NCBI GenBank assembly: GCA_043716935.1
Contig: JAYSXW010000004.1
Span: forward strand, 2,399-66,398
Length of the DNA: 64,000 nt
Direction: 5' to 3'
DNA from: Pseudonocardia sp.
GTDB taxonomy: Bacteria > Actinomycetota > Actinomycetes > Mycobacteriales > Pseudonocardiaceae
Below are positions 9,689 through 18,517 of this stretch, in pieces. Numbering within the stretch: position 1 is the stretch's first letter; the number at the start of each line of letters is the position of its first letter. Below the pieces are notes generated by a model. It made no database searches, had not been told where the DNA came from, and saw only the letters and a program-made list of their open reading frames with translations. Position numbers and translations under genes: made by a program.

Positions 9689-10219
9689 ATGAGCGGAATG
9701 GGTCTCCTGCGACGGTCCGGCTCGAGCGCGGCCACGGACACAGCCGCGGCAGCGACGAACTCCGCACGGAAGGCGGCGCAGAGGGGCCGTCCGCTCACCG
9801 CGGCCCGCGCCAAGCGGATGATCGGCGTCGGCCGAGCGGTTGCGCCACTGCTGGCGCCGTATGCTTTGGTGGCCGCAGGCGCGGCCCGGGCCCGCTACGA
9901 CGCCTACCGCGCCGCCCGGCTCGGCGTCGAGCCCGGCCAGCTCGCGGCCTACGCGGGGCCAGGTGGGGCACTGCACGCGAGGCTCTCACGAATCGCCGAG
10001 GCCCTGACGGAGCTCGAAGCGGGCGGGCAGGGCCGTACCACCGACGGGGTCACGGCCTACGTCTCGACGACCCGCCCCCGCCTGACCGACCTGGCCGTCG
10101 GTGTCCGGGCCGCCGAACAGATGCCCACCGCGCGGCGACGCACCGCATACCGGGCGATCGGCGCCGAGCTCGACCGCATCGAGATCGATCTGCTGAACCG
10201 CCTGGGCATCACGGCATAG
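9689..10219 (+). CDS. DUF6474-like conserved actinobacterial protein
   Basis: AKRMIGVGRAVAPLLAPY, ARLGV..LAAY.G.GGALHARL, AAEQMPTARRRTAYRAI recognised from memory. Confidence 0.65.
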   Translation: MSGMGLLRRSGSSAATDTAAAATNSARKAAQRGRPLTAARAKRMIGVGRAVAPLLAPYALVAAGAARARYDAYRAARLGVEPGQLAAYAGPGGALHARLSRIAEALTELEAGGQGRTTDGVTAYVSTTRPRLTDLAVGVRAAEQMPTARRRTAYRAIGAELDRIEIDLLNRLGITA

Positions 10220-10254
10220 CTTCTCTGTCGGAGCCGTCCGCTACCGTCGGACCC

Positions 10255-10785
10255 ATGAGCAGAGGTGGCGTGCGCGGCGGGGTCGTGACCTCGCTGTGCG
10301 CGCTGCTCACCGCCGTCGGGCACGGCGCAGGTGGCGGCGCGGTGCCCGATCTCGGCGTGCTCCTCGTGCTGACACCCGTACTCGCGGGCCTGTTCGTGAC
10401 GGTCGCGGAGCGCGCCGCGGGGGTGGCCGGCCTGCTCACCGTCCTCGCGGCCGGCCAGCTCACTCTCCATCTCCTGCTGGAGCTGTTGCATCCGGCCCAC
10501 CACGTGATGGGAGCACCCGGCGCAGGCGTGATGTGGACGATGCACGCCGCTGTCACCCTCGTCACGGCCGTGGCGCTGCGGCACGCCGACGTTGCCCTTC
10601 GCGGGGTACGGGCCGCCCTGCGGCGGGTGGTGCGGCGCTGGGTCGTGCCGAGGCCCGCCGAACGCCCGCTGCCCACACTCGCCGGGCCCGGGTCCGTGGT
10701 GTCGGTGCGCCTCGCGCGCGCCCTGGCCGTCGCGAACCTGCATCGGGGTCCACCGGTAGGGCGCGCTGCCGCCCTCACCCGTTGA
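10255..10785 (+). CDS. His-rich 4-TM membrane protein ending in HRGPP motif; candidate arrest-peptide leader of the copper locus
   Basis: ATG at 10255 in the 9601 ORF frame; TM helices with VGHG, LHLLLELLHPAHH, MHAA; C-terminal LHRGPP; 22 bp upstream of ycnI. Confidence 0.75.
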   Translation: MSRGGVRGGVVTSLCALLTAVGHGAGGGAVPDLGVLLVLTPVLAGLFVTVAERAAGVAGLLTVLAAGQLTLHLLLELLHPAHHVMGAPGAGVMWTMHAAVTLVTAVALRHADVALRGVRAALRRVVRRWVVPRPAERPLPTLAGPGSVVSVRLARALAVANLHRGPPVGRAAALTR

Positions 10786-10807
10786 TCCACACCCCCGGAG
10801 TCCCACC

Positions 10808-11464
10808 ATGTCCCGATCCCTCGGTCGTGCCGCCGCCAAGGGCGGCTACGACGTCGTCAACTTCCGCGTTCCGAACGGGTCCGACACCGCCGGCACGATC
10901 GGGCTGACCGCGTCGCTGCCCACCGACCACCCGACCAGCTCGGTCCGCACCACACCGGTCCCGGGCTGGACGGTCACCACGACCACCGTCGCGTTGAACC
11001 CGCCCGTGCAGGACGACGGCCACACCATCACCACGACGGTCGGTGCGGTGACCTGGACCGCCGATCCCGGCACCCGTGTCGGCCCCGACCAGTACCTCGA
11101 CCTTCCGCTGTCCCTGAGCCCGATGCCCGAGGACGTCGATGTCGTCACGTTCCCGACGACCCAGACCTACCACGACGGTGAAATCGTGAGTTGGAACGAA
11201 CCCGTCGGCGCCGACGGGTCCGAGCCCGAGCACCCGGCCCCTGCCGTCACCCTCACCGCGGCGGTCGGCGGGGACGGCATGTCCGTGACCACCGCCGCTC
11301 GGAACGCTTCGAGCGGCAGCGACACCGCGGCGCGTTGGCTCGGCGGCGCCGGGTTGCTCGTCGGGGCGCTCGGCGTCGGCGTCGGGGGTGTGGCCGCCCT
11401 CCGCACCCGACGCCGAGCAACCGAGCGGACCGACACGAGTGACCGCAGCGGGGCGGACGTATGA
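10808..11464 (+). CDS. ycnI: YcnI/DUF1775 family copper-binding membrane protein, apparently with N-terminal in-frame deletion
   Basis: KGGY..FRVPN, VPGWTV, VTWTA, FPT.QTY.DGEIVSW, EHPAP, C-terminal TM; signal peptide and mature N-terminal His absent. Confidence 0.8.
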   Translation: MSRSLGRAAAKGGYDVVNFRVPNGSDTAGTIGLTASLPTDHPTSSVRTTPVPGWTVTTTTVALNPPVQDDGHTITTTVGAVTWTADPGTRVGPDQYLDLPLSLSPMPEDVDVVTFPTTQTYHDGEIVSWNEPVGADGSEPEHPAPAVTLTAAVGGDGMSVTTAARNASSGSDTAARWLGGAGLLVGALGVGVGGVAALRTRRRATERTDTSDRSGADV

Positions 11465-12045
11465 CGCACCGCGTCCGTCGCGGAGCCGTCATCGTGCTGC
11501 TCACCGGTATCGCCCTGGTAGTGGGCAGTTCACCCGCGTGGGCACACGGCCGGTTGACCACCAGCGACCCCGCCGACGGGGCCGCGCTCGCCATCGCTCC
11601 GAGTAGCGTGTCGTTGACCTTCAACGAGCCCGTGCAGGCAGGATTCACCACGGTCACCGTCATCGGACCGGACGGCGTCGACTACCACACCGGCCCCTAC
11701 GGCGAGGTCGACGACACCGTGACCGCTCCGGTACGGCCGCTCGTTCCAGCAGGGCCCTACCGCATCGGTTACCGCGTCGTCTCGTCCGACGGTCACCCGG
11801 TCTCGGGTGAGCTCGACTTCACGCTGACCACGCCAGGCCCGGCGGCAGTGACGCCGACCCGGAGCCTCGCGGCACCCGCCCCGACCGTGCCGGCCGCCGG
11901 CGCCGCGCCGGCACCGGCGGCGGTCGCGGTGCCCACCGCGGCCCCCGAGCGCGACGGTGGTGCCCCGATCTGGCCGTGGATCGTCGGCGGGGTGATGCTG
12001 GTGGCCGGCGGGGTGGCGGCGGCGCTCCGCCTCGGCCGGTCCTGA
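11461..12045 (+). CDS. copC: CopC family copper resistance protein
   Basis: Signal peptide then AH..L..SDPADGA, LTFNEPV, YRVVSSDGHPVSG; C-terminal TM. Confidence 0.9.
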   Translation: MTHRVRRGAVIVLLTGIALVVGSSPAWAHGRLTTSDPADGAALAIAPSSVSLTFNEPVQAGFTTVTVIGPDGVDYHTGPYGEVDDTVTAPVRPLVPAGPYRIGYRVVSSDGHPVSGELDFTLTTPGPAAVTPTRSLAAPAPTVPAAGAAPAPAAVAVPTAAPERDGGAPIWPWIVGGVMLVAGGVAAALRLGRS

Positions 12046-12051
12046 CGACCC

Positions 12052-12923
12052 GTGGCCACACCCACCGCAAGTCGCGCCGGCCCGTCCCTGCTGCTGTGGG
12101 CCGGGCTCGCGATCGGCGCTGCTCTGGTCGCGGCCGTCCTGGCGGGATCAGTGACGGCGCTGCCGGTGCTGCTCGGCACCTCCGTCACACGAGCGGGCGC
12201 CGACGTCGCCGGCGTGGTGTGCGTCGGGCTCACCCTGCTCGGCACGCTGGTGCCGCCCGATCGCAGCGCGCTGCCCGGCTCCGCGCATCGCGACGCCGCA
12301 CGGGCACGGGCCGCGGCCGACCGCGCGCTGGTCAGGGCGTCGGGCTGCTGCTCACGGCGGGCTGCGCCGCCGTCGTTCTGGGCTGTGGCGTCGTCCGGCC
12401 GCGTGACCGTGCCGATGCGCCGCCCGACGCGGACCACGTGCCGGCCCGCATTTCCCTGATCGCGGCGATGCTCGGGGTGGTCACTCCCACCATCACCGGC
12501 CACGCCGGCTCCGCGCCCGATCACCAGGTCGCGGTCGTCACGGTCGCCGTCCACGCCGGTGTCGCCGCCCTGTGGACGGGCGGGCTCGGCGCCGTCGTCG
12601 TACTCGTGGCTCGGCACCGCGGGCTGGCGGCGGTCCTGCCCCGGTTCTCGCGCCTCGCGGGGCTCAGCCTGGGCGCGGTCGCGGTCACCGGGGTCATCAG
12701 CGCCGCGGTTCGGGTGGGTTCCTGGACGGCGCTGGTCACCACCGGTTACGGCGGGTTGGTGGTCGCGAAGACGGTCTGTCTCGTCCTGCTCGCCGCGCTC
12801 GGCGGCCTGGCCCGGCGCAGGCTTGCTGCCGACCGCACGCCGGTGCTGCGCTGGGCCGCGTTCGAGCTGGCGCTGATGGCCGTCACGATCGGGCTGGCCG
12901 CCGCGCTCATGCAGACCGGCTAG
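12052..12923 (+). pseudogene. copD: CopD family protein, broken by an out-of-frame deletion near 12330
   Basis: N-part in frame 12052; C-part (TGHAG, VHAGVAALWTGGL, LPRFSRLA, YGGLVVAK) in frame 11976; junction at ctGGTCagggc. Confidence 0.75.
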
Positions 12924-14308
12924 CCGCGGTAGGCCTCCAGCAGCCGTAGCCACACCTCGCTCATCGTCGGGTAGGCGGGCACGGCGTGCCACAGCCGGGC
13001 CATCGGCACCTCCCCGACGATGGCGACCGTCGCGGCGTGCACCAGCTCGGCGACGTCCTGGCCGACGAACGTCACCCCGACCAGCACCTCGCGGACGGGG
13101 TCGACGACCATCCGCGCGGCGCCGTCGTAGCCGTCGGCCTGCAGCGCCGAGCCGCCGACGGCGATGGGCACGTCCACCACCCGTACGACGATGCCGGCGT
13201 CGCGGGCCTGCGCCGCCGTCCGTCCGACCGCAGCCACCTCGGGATCGGTGAACACCACCTGCGGCACTGCTCCGTGGTCGGCAGTGGCGGAGTGCTCGCC
13301 CCAGGGTGCGGTGTCGAGCTCCGTGCCGGCGGCCCGTGCGCCGATGGCCGCGCCGAGGATCCGCGCCGCGTACTTGCCCTGGTGGGTCAGCGGAGCGCGA
13401 CCGGTGACGTCGCCTGCGGCGTAGAGCCACGTCCCGTCGACGCCGGTGACGAGCCCGGAGTCGTCGACGGTGATTGGTTTCCCGGGCTCCAGCCCGACCG
13501 TCTCGACACCCACGGACGAGCTGTTCGGCCGGCGCCCGGTGGCGACGAGCAGCTCGTCGACCATGATCACGTCCGCCCCGACGTGCAGCTCGATGGCGTC
13601 ACCTTCGGCCGACACCGACCTGAGCTTCTGCCCCAGCCGCAGCTCGACGCCCTCCTCGCGCAGCGCGGCGGCCACCCGCTCCCCGGCGAACGGCTCCATC
13701 GACGCCAGCAGCGACGGTCCGTTCTGCACGAGCACCACCTCGGACCCCAGCCGCCGGAACGCCTGCGCCAGCTCGCAGCCGATGACGCCGCCGCCGAGCA
13801 CCCCCAGGCGCGGTGGGATCTCCTTCGCCGACGTGGCGTCGCGGGAGGTCCAGCTGCGCACGGTGTCGAGGCCCGGCACCGGCGGGGTCACCGGCACGCT
13901 CCCGGTGCAGACCACCACGGCATGCCGGGCGGTGATCGTCTCGCCGTCCAGTTCGACGGTCCGCTCGCCCGTCAACCGCGCGTGGCCGCGGCGGAACGCG
14001 AGGCCGGCGCCCTCCGCCCATTCGACCTGGCTGTCGTCGTGCCAATCGTGGGTGAAGCTGTCGCGCCGAGCCAGCACGGCGGCAGGATCGGACGTCGCGG
14101 TGGTGCCGGGCAGCCGGCGCAGCGCGGCGACGGCGTGCCCGGTGCGCAACAGCGCCTTGGACGGCATGCACGCCCAGTAGGAGCACTCCCCGCCCAGCAG
14201 CTCGGCCTCGACGAGCAGCACCGACAGCCCGGCGCGGTGGGCGTAGTCGGCGGCGTTCTCACCGACCGCGCCGCCCCCGATGACGATGACGTCGATGTCC
14301 GGGATCAC
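12920..14308 (-). CDS. NAD(P)/FAD-dependent pyridine nucleotide-disulfide oxidoreductase (dihydrolipoamide dehydrogenase-like)
   Basis: GTG at 14308; DVIVIGGGAVG, GGECSYWACMPSK redox CxxxxC, LGVLGGGVIG, HAVPAYPT. Confidence 0.88.
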   Translation of the reverse strand: MIPDIDVIVIGGGAVGENAADYAHRAGLSVLLVEAELLGGECSYWACMPSKALLRTGHAVAALRRLPGTTATSDPAAVLARRDSFTHDWHDDSQVEWAEGAGLAFRRGHARLTGERTVELDGETITARHAVVVCTGSVPVTPPVPGLDTVRSWTSRDATSAKEIPPRLGVLGGGVIGCELAQAFRRLGSEVVLVQNGPSLLASMEPFAGERVAAALREEGVELRLGQKLRSVSAEGDAIELHVGADVIMVDELLVATGRRPNSSSVGVETVGLEPGKPITVDDSGLVTGVDGTWLYAAGDVTGRAPLTHQGKYAARILGAAIGARAAGTELDTAPWGEHSATADHGAVPQVVFTDPEVAAVGRTAAQARDAGIVVRVVDVPIAVGGSALQADGYDGAARMVVDPVREVLVGVTFVGQDVAELVHAATVAIVGEVPMARLWHAVPAYPTMSEVWLRLLEAYRG

Positions 14309-14514
14309 AACACCACCAGGGTGGCGGCCTCGCGCAGATCGTCCTTCGCGCGCCGGTACGCCGCCCACGCCTCGTCGGTGCCCGACACTGGGTCGGCGTC
14401 CACCTCCACGGACGATACCAACAGGTAGCGCCGTACCCCGGCCCCGCGCCCGGCCAGCAGCGCGGCGAGCCGCAACGCGATCTTCCCGTGTCCTCCTGCG
14501 ATCACCATGTGCAC
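14305..14514 (-). pseudogene. Remnant of NAD(P)H-binding (SDR/epimerase-like) protein
   Basis: IAGGHGKIALRL joined directly to AGVRRYLLVSS and AY.RAK; middle and C-terminus missing. Confidence 0.7.
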
Positions 14515-14716
14515 GGCCGAGACGGTACGGCGCCACCGATCCGACCGCAGGGTCCGTCACCCGGATGATCTCGTCGACGTCCTCCCCACCGCGCTCACCC
14601 TCCGAGTCCGGGCCCGTTTCGTCCGTTTTCTCACTCCGTGGAATAGGGCGGGTTGTGACCGTCCGCAACTCGCACTGCAATCACCAGCAGACATCGACGT
14701 TGCGGGAGGTAAGCCT

Positions 14717-15745
14717 GTGAAGGCCGTCCGGGTGCACGCGTACCACGAGGACCCGAAGATCGACGACGTCCCGGAGCCGACGCTCGCGGGCCCGCTCGAC
14801 GTGATCGTCAAGGTCGGCGGTGCCGGTGTGTGCCGCACCGACCTGCACATCCTCGAGGGACAGTGGGCCGAGGCGATGGGCCCCGAACTGCCCTACGTGA
14901 TCGGGCACGAGAACGCGGGTTGGGTGCACGAGATCGGCGCGGGCGTCACCAACGTCGCCGTCGGCGACACGGTGATCCTGCACCCGCAGCCCTCCTGCGG
15001 CCTGTGCCTGGCGTGTCGCGCCGGCAAGGACATGCAGTGCGAGAACGCCTTCTTCCCGGGCCTGTCCGATAACGACGGCGGGATGGCGGAGTACCTGCGC
15101 ACCACCGCCCGCGCCTGCGTGAAGCTCAACCCCGAGACCAATCCCGCCGACGTCGCCGCGCTCGCCGACGCCGGCATCACCGCCTACCACGCGGTGCGCA
15201 AGGCGGTGCCGTCGCTGTTCCCCGGCACCACCGCGGTGGTGCAGGGCGCCGGCGGGCTGGGCCACATCGGCATCCAGTCCCTGGCCGCGCTCACCGCGAC
15301 GCGGATCGTCGTCGTCGACCGCAACCCCGACGCACTCGCTCTCGCCAAGCAGCTCGGCGCCGACGAGACCGTGCTCGCCGACGGCACCCACATCGAGGCG
15401 GTCAAGGACCTGACGGGCGGCCTCGGCGCAAACGTCGTGTTCGACTTCGTGGCCGAGGGCGGCGCCGAGAACGACGCCTGGCAGATGACCGCTCCCGCCG
15501 GCTCGCAATACATCATCGGCTATGGCGGCGAGGTCAAGATCCCCACACTCGATTTCGTCGGCGGCGAGAAGAACATCATCGGCAACATCGTCGGCACCTA
15601 CAGCGACCTCGCCGAACTGATGGTCCTCGCTCAGGCTGGCAAGGTCACGTTGCACACCAAGCAATATCCCCTCGATGCGGCACTCGACGCCCTCCACGAT
15701 CTCGATGCCGGCCGGGTCCGCGGCCGCGCAATTCTGGTTCCCTGA
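14717..15745 (+). CDS. Zinc-dependent NAD(P) alcohol dehydrogenase
   Basis: GTG at 14717 with GGAGG RBS; GVCRTDLH, GHENAG, CGLCLACRAGKDMQC, GAGGLG. Confidence 0.92.
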   Translation: MKAVRVHAYHEDPKIDDVPEPTLAGPLDVIVKVGGAGVCRTDLHILEGQWAEAMGPELPYVIGHENAGWVHEIGAGVTNVAVGDTVILHPQPSCGLCLACRAGKDMQCENAFFPGLSDNDGGMAEYLRTTARACVKLNPETNPADVAALADAGITAYHAVRKAVPSLFPGTTAVVQGAGGLGHIGIQSLAALTATRIVVVDRNPDALALAKQLGADETVLADGTHIEAVKDLTGGLGANVVFDFVAEGGAENDAWQMTAPAGSQYIIGYGGEVKIPTLDFVGGEKNIIGNIVGTYSDLAELMVLAQAGKVTLHTKQYPLDAALDALHDLDAGRVRGRAILVP

Positions 15746-15763
15746 CGCAAGGAGTCCCACCAC

Positions 15764-16828
15764 ATGTACGAGAAAGACGGCGAGAAGTATTTCGTGGTCG
15801 ATTCGCACTCCCACTTCTGGGACGCGAGCCGTGAGAACTGGAAGCCCGGCGCCGAGGAGTACGCCAAGGGATGGATCGACTGCTTCTACGGCTACCACCA
15901 GCTCGGCCCGCCCGAGACGCACTGGGACTACGAGCACTACCTGAAGGTCAGCCCGGAGGACTTCGAACGCGACATGTTCGTGGAAGGTCACGTCGATTAC
16001 GCGATCTTCCAGTCGACGTACCTCAAGGAGTGGTACACCGAGGGCTTCAACACGATCGACAAGAATGCCCAGCTCCTGGAGAAGTGGGGCGACCGGCTGA
16101 TCGTCAACGGCCGTTTCGACCCGCGTGAGGGCGACGCCGGAATCAAGCAGCTCGAGGAGGACGCCAAGAAGTACAACCTCAAGGGCGTCAAGCTCTACAC
16201 CGCCGAGTGGCGGGAGGGCTCCCGCGGCTGGAAGCTGTCCGACCCGGAGGCCTACCGATTCCTGGAGAAGGCCCAGGAGCTCGGCATCAAGAACGTCCAC
16301 GTCCACAAGGGCCCGACGATCTGGCCCCTGGACAAGGACGCGTTCGACGTCGCCGACGTCGACCAGGCCGCCACGTCGTTCACCGGCCTGAACTTCATCG
16401 TCGAGCACGTTGGCCTGCCCCGCATCGAGGACTTCTGCTTCATGGCGGTGCAGGAGCCCAACGTGTACGCGGGCCTGTCCGTGGTGATCGGCGGCCTCAT
16501 GCACGCCCGGCCGAAGTTCTTCGCCAAGGTCATCGGCGAGCTGATGTTCTGGGTCGGCGAGGACAAGATGCTCTACGGCGGTGACTACAACATCTGGGTG
16601 CCGAAGTGGCAGGTGGAAGGCTTCGTCGACTGGCAGATGCCTGACGACGAGGCGTTCACCGACTACGCCAAGCTCACGACGGCCACCAAGAAGAAGATCC
16701 TCGGCCTCAACGCCGCGCGGCTCTATGACATCCCGGTCCCCGAGGAGCTGCAGCTGCAGACCACCGCGGGCGAGACGGGTGCCCCGGGCCACGAGCTGGT
16801 CGACGACACGGCGGGTGCCCAGGCGTGA
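15764..16828 (+). CDS. Amidohydrolase family protein (type associated with propane monooxygenase clusters)
   Basis: MYEKDGEKYFVVDSHSH start, HVHKGP, VEHVGLPR, KILGLNAARLY. Confidence 0.85.
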   Translation: MYEKDGEKYFVVDSHSHFWDASRENWKPGAEEYAKGWIDCFYGYHQLGPPETHWDYEHYLKVSPEDFERDMFVEGHVDYAIFQSTYLKEWYTEGFNTIDKNAQLLEKWGDRLIVNGRFDPREGDAGIKQLEEDAKKYNLKGVKLYTAEWREGSRGWKLSDPEAYRFLEKAQELGIKNVHVHKGPTIWPLDKDAFDVADVDQAATSFTGLNFIVEHVGLPRIEDFCFMAVQEPNVYAGLSVVIGGLMHARPKFFAKVIGELMFWVGEDKMLYGGDYNIWVPKWQVEGFVDWQMPDDEAFTDYAKLTTATKKKILGLNAARLYDIPVPEELQLQTTAGETGAPGHELVDDTAGAQA

Positions 16829-17538
16829 TGTCGAGCGACCTGCACGGCGACGTGTGGGCCGCCCTCGCGACGGTGCTCGACCCGGAGCTGGACGAGCCCA
16901 TCACGGATCTCGAGTTCGTCGAGTCGTGCACCGTTTCCGCTCCGGACGACCATGGTGCAGCGGTGGCCACGATCGTTCTGCGGCTGCCCACGTTCTTCTG
17001 CGCGCCGAACTTCTCGTTCCTGATGGTCGCGGACGCCTACGACGCGGTGTCGGCGGTCCCCGGGGTCACGCGCGCGGACGTCACGCTGGCCGACCACCAC
17101 GCCTCCGCCGAGATCAACGGCGGGGTCGCGGCGCAGGCCGGGTTCGTGAACTCCTTCGCGGGCTCCGACCAGGGTGAGGCCGTTGCCGAGCTGGACGAGC
17201 TGCGCATGCAGTTCTTCCGCAAGGCGGCGCTGGCCGGGCAGGACCGCGTGGCCCGGCCGCTGGTCGACGCCGGCGTCGGGCCCGACGAACTCGCCACCAC
17301 GACGCTGGGCCGGGTCCCGGCGTCACCCGAGCTGGAGCGCATGCGGCAGCGCCGCGCCGCGCTCGGGCTGCCCCACGACGACGATGCGCCCCTGCTCATC
17401 GACGCCGCGGGCGATCGGATCACGGCCGCCCAGGTGCCCCTGCATCTGCGGCGGGCGCGGTTGCAGCGAATCGGTATCGAGACGAACGGCGAGTACTGCA
17501 AGGCCCTGCTCGAGACGCGGTACCCGGCGGCGAAGTAG
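16825..17538 (+). CDS. DUF59/FeS-assembly (metal-sulfur cluster) domain protein with C-terminal extension
   Basis: AL.TVLDPELDEPITDLEFV, LRLPTFFCAPNFSFLMVADA, C-terminal NGEYCKALLETRY. Confidence 0.85.
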   Translation: MMSSDLHGDVWAALATVLDPELDEPITDLEFVESCTVSAPDDHGAAVATIVLRLPTFFCAPNFSFLMVADAYDAVSAVPGVTRADVTLADHHASAEINGGVAAQAGFVNSFAGSDQGEAVAELDELRMQFFRKAALAGQDRVARPLVDAGVGPDELATTTLGRVPASPELERMRQRRAALGLPHDDDAPLLIDAAGDRITAAQVPLHLRRARLQRIGIETNGEYCKALLETRYPAAK

Positions 17539-17553
17539 CGGCTGCCGCCGCCC

Positions 17554-17593
17554 GTGCGCGGATACGGGGGCCGGAGCCCCTGTATCCGCGCAC
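17554..17593. repeat. REP-like 18-bp-stem hairpin (possible terminator/stabiliser)
   Basis: GTGCGCGGATACGGGGGC-CGGA-GCCCCTGTATCCGCGCAC, one G-U pair. Confidence 0.8.
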
Positions 17594-17699
17594 GACCACG
17601 TTCGAGGGCACGACCACGTTCGAGGGCACGACCACGTTCGAGGGCACGACCGCCGTCCGGCGTACGGCCATCGTCCAGCCCCACGACTACGTTCGAGCC
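17591..17699. repeat. 18-bp tandem repeat CACGACCACGTTCGAGGG x3 plus partial and one degenerate copy
   Basis: Units at 17591, 17609, 17627, partial at 17645, degenerate CACGACTACGTTCGAGCC at 17682. Confidence 0.9.
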
Positions 17700-17700
17700 C

Positions 17701-18399
17701 GTGAGAGACGTCCGCGCGCTCCTGTTCGACGTGTTCGGCACCGTGGGCGACTGGCGCTCCGGCATCGCCCGTGAGGGCCGGCGGCTGCTCGGTGCGGGCG
17801 TCGACGCCGAGGGCCTCGCCGACGCCTGGCGGGGGCGCTACGTGCCGTCGATGAACCGGGTCCGTCGCGGCGTGCTGCCCTGGACCGGCCTCGACGCTCC
17901 GCACCGCTCCTCCCTCGACGAGCTGCTGCCCGAGTTCGTCCCCGGGTCCGCCGACGACGCCACCCGCCGCGAGCTGGTGCTCGCCTGGCACCGCCTCGAC
18001 CCGTGGCCCGACTGCGTCGCCGGTCTGACCGCGCTGAAGGATCACCACGTCGTCGCGTCGCTGTCCAACGGCAACGTGTCCTTGCTGGTCGACATGGCCA
18101 AGCACGCCGGCCTGCCGTGGGACACCGTGTTCTCCGCCGAGCTGTTCGGCCACTACAAGCCCGATCTCGAGGCCTACCTCGGGGCCGTCCGGCTGCTCGA
18201 CCTGAAGCCGACGCAGGTGCTGATGGTCGCCGCCCACCGCGACGACCTGGCCGCCGCCCGGGCCTGCGGCCTGCGCACCGCCTACGTCGACCGCCCCCTG
18301 GAGCATGGCGAGGCCCGTGCGCCGCAGCAGGACCCGGCCGCCGACCTCAACGTCACGTCGCTGACCGACCTGGCCGACCAGCTCCGCACGACGACCTGA
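17701..18399 (+). CDS. Haloacid dehalogenase type II (HAD superfamily)
   Basis: GTG at 17701; LLFDVFGT, DPWPDC, SLSNGN, YKPD, MVAAH..DL motifs. Confidence 0.85.
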   Translation: MRDVRALLFDVFGTVGDWRSGIAREGRRLLGAGVDAEGLADAWRGRYVPSMNRVRRGVLPWTGLDAPHRSSLDELLPEFVPGSADDATRRELVLAWHRLDPWPDCVAGLTALKDHHVVASLSNGNVSLLVDMAKHAGLPWDTVFSAELFGHYKPDLEAYLGAVRLLDLKPTQVLMVAAHRDDLAAARACGLRTAYVDRPLEHGEARAPQQDPAADLNVTSLTDLADQLRTTT

Positions 18400-18440
18400 C
18401 GCAGAGCGGCCCCCCGCCCCGGTCCACGACGTTGCGGCGA

Positions 18441-18477
18441 AGCCACTTTCATGTCACGAGATGGCCGGAAAGTGGCT
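18441..18477. repeat. Inverted repeat AGCCACTTTC-N17-GAAAGTGGCT between convergent genes
   Basis: Perfect 10-bp arms. Confidence 0.7.
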
Positions 18478-18517
18478 CTGCTGCCACCCTGGAGGCACGA
18501 CCACGCGCCACCGGCGG

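Noticed and set aside
14681-16792. Long antisense ORFs (e.g. 14681-16792, 27003-28439, 29412-31907, 35050-37746, 43828-46350)
   Set aside because: Shadow frames of real genes in ~72% GC DNA, with no family motifs
17591-17699. 18-bp repeats as a CRISPR array
   Set aside because: Units are contiguous with no spacers, are too short, and no cas genes are nearby
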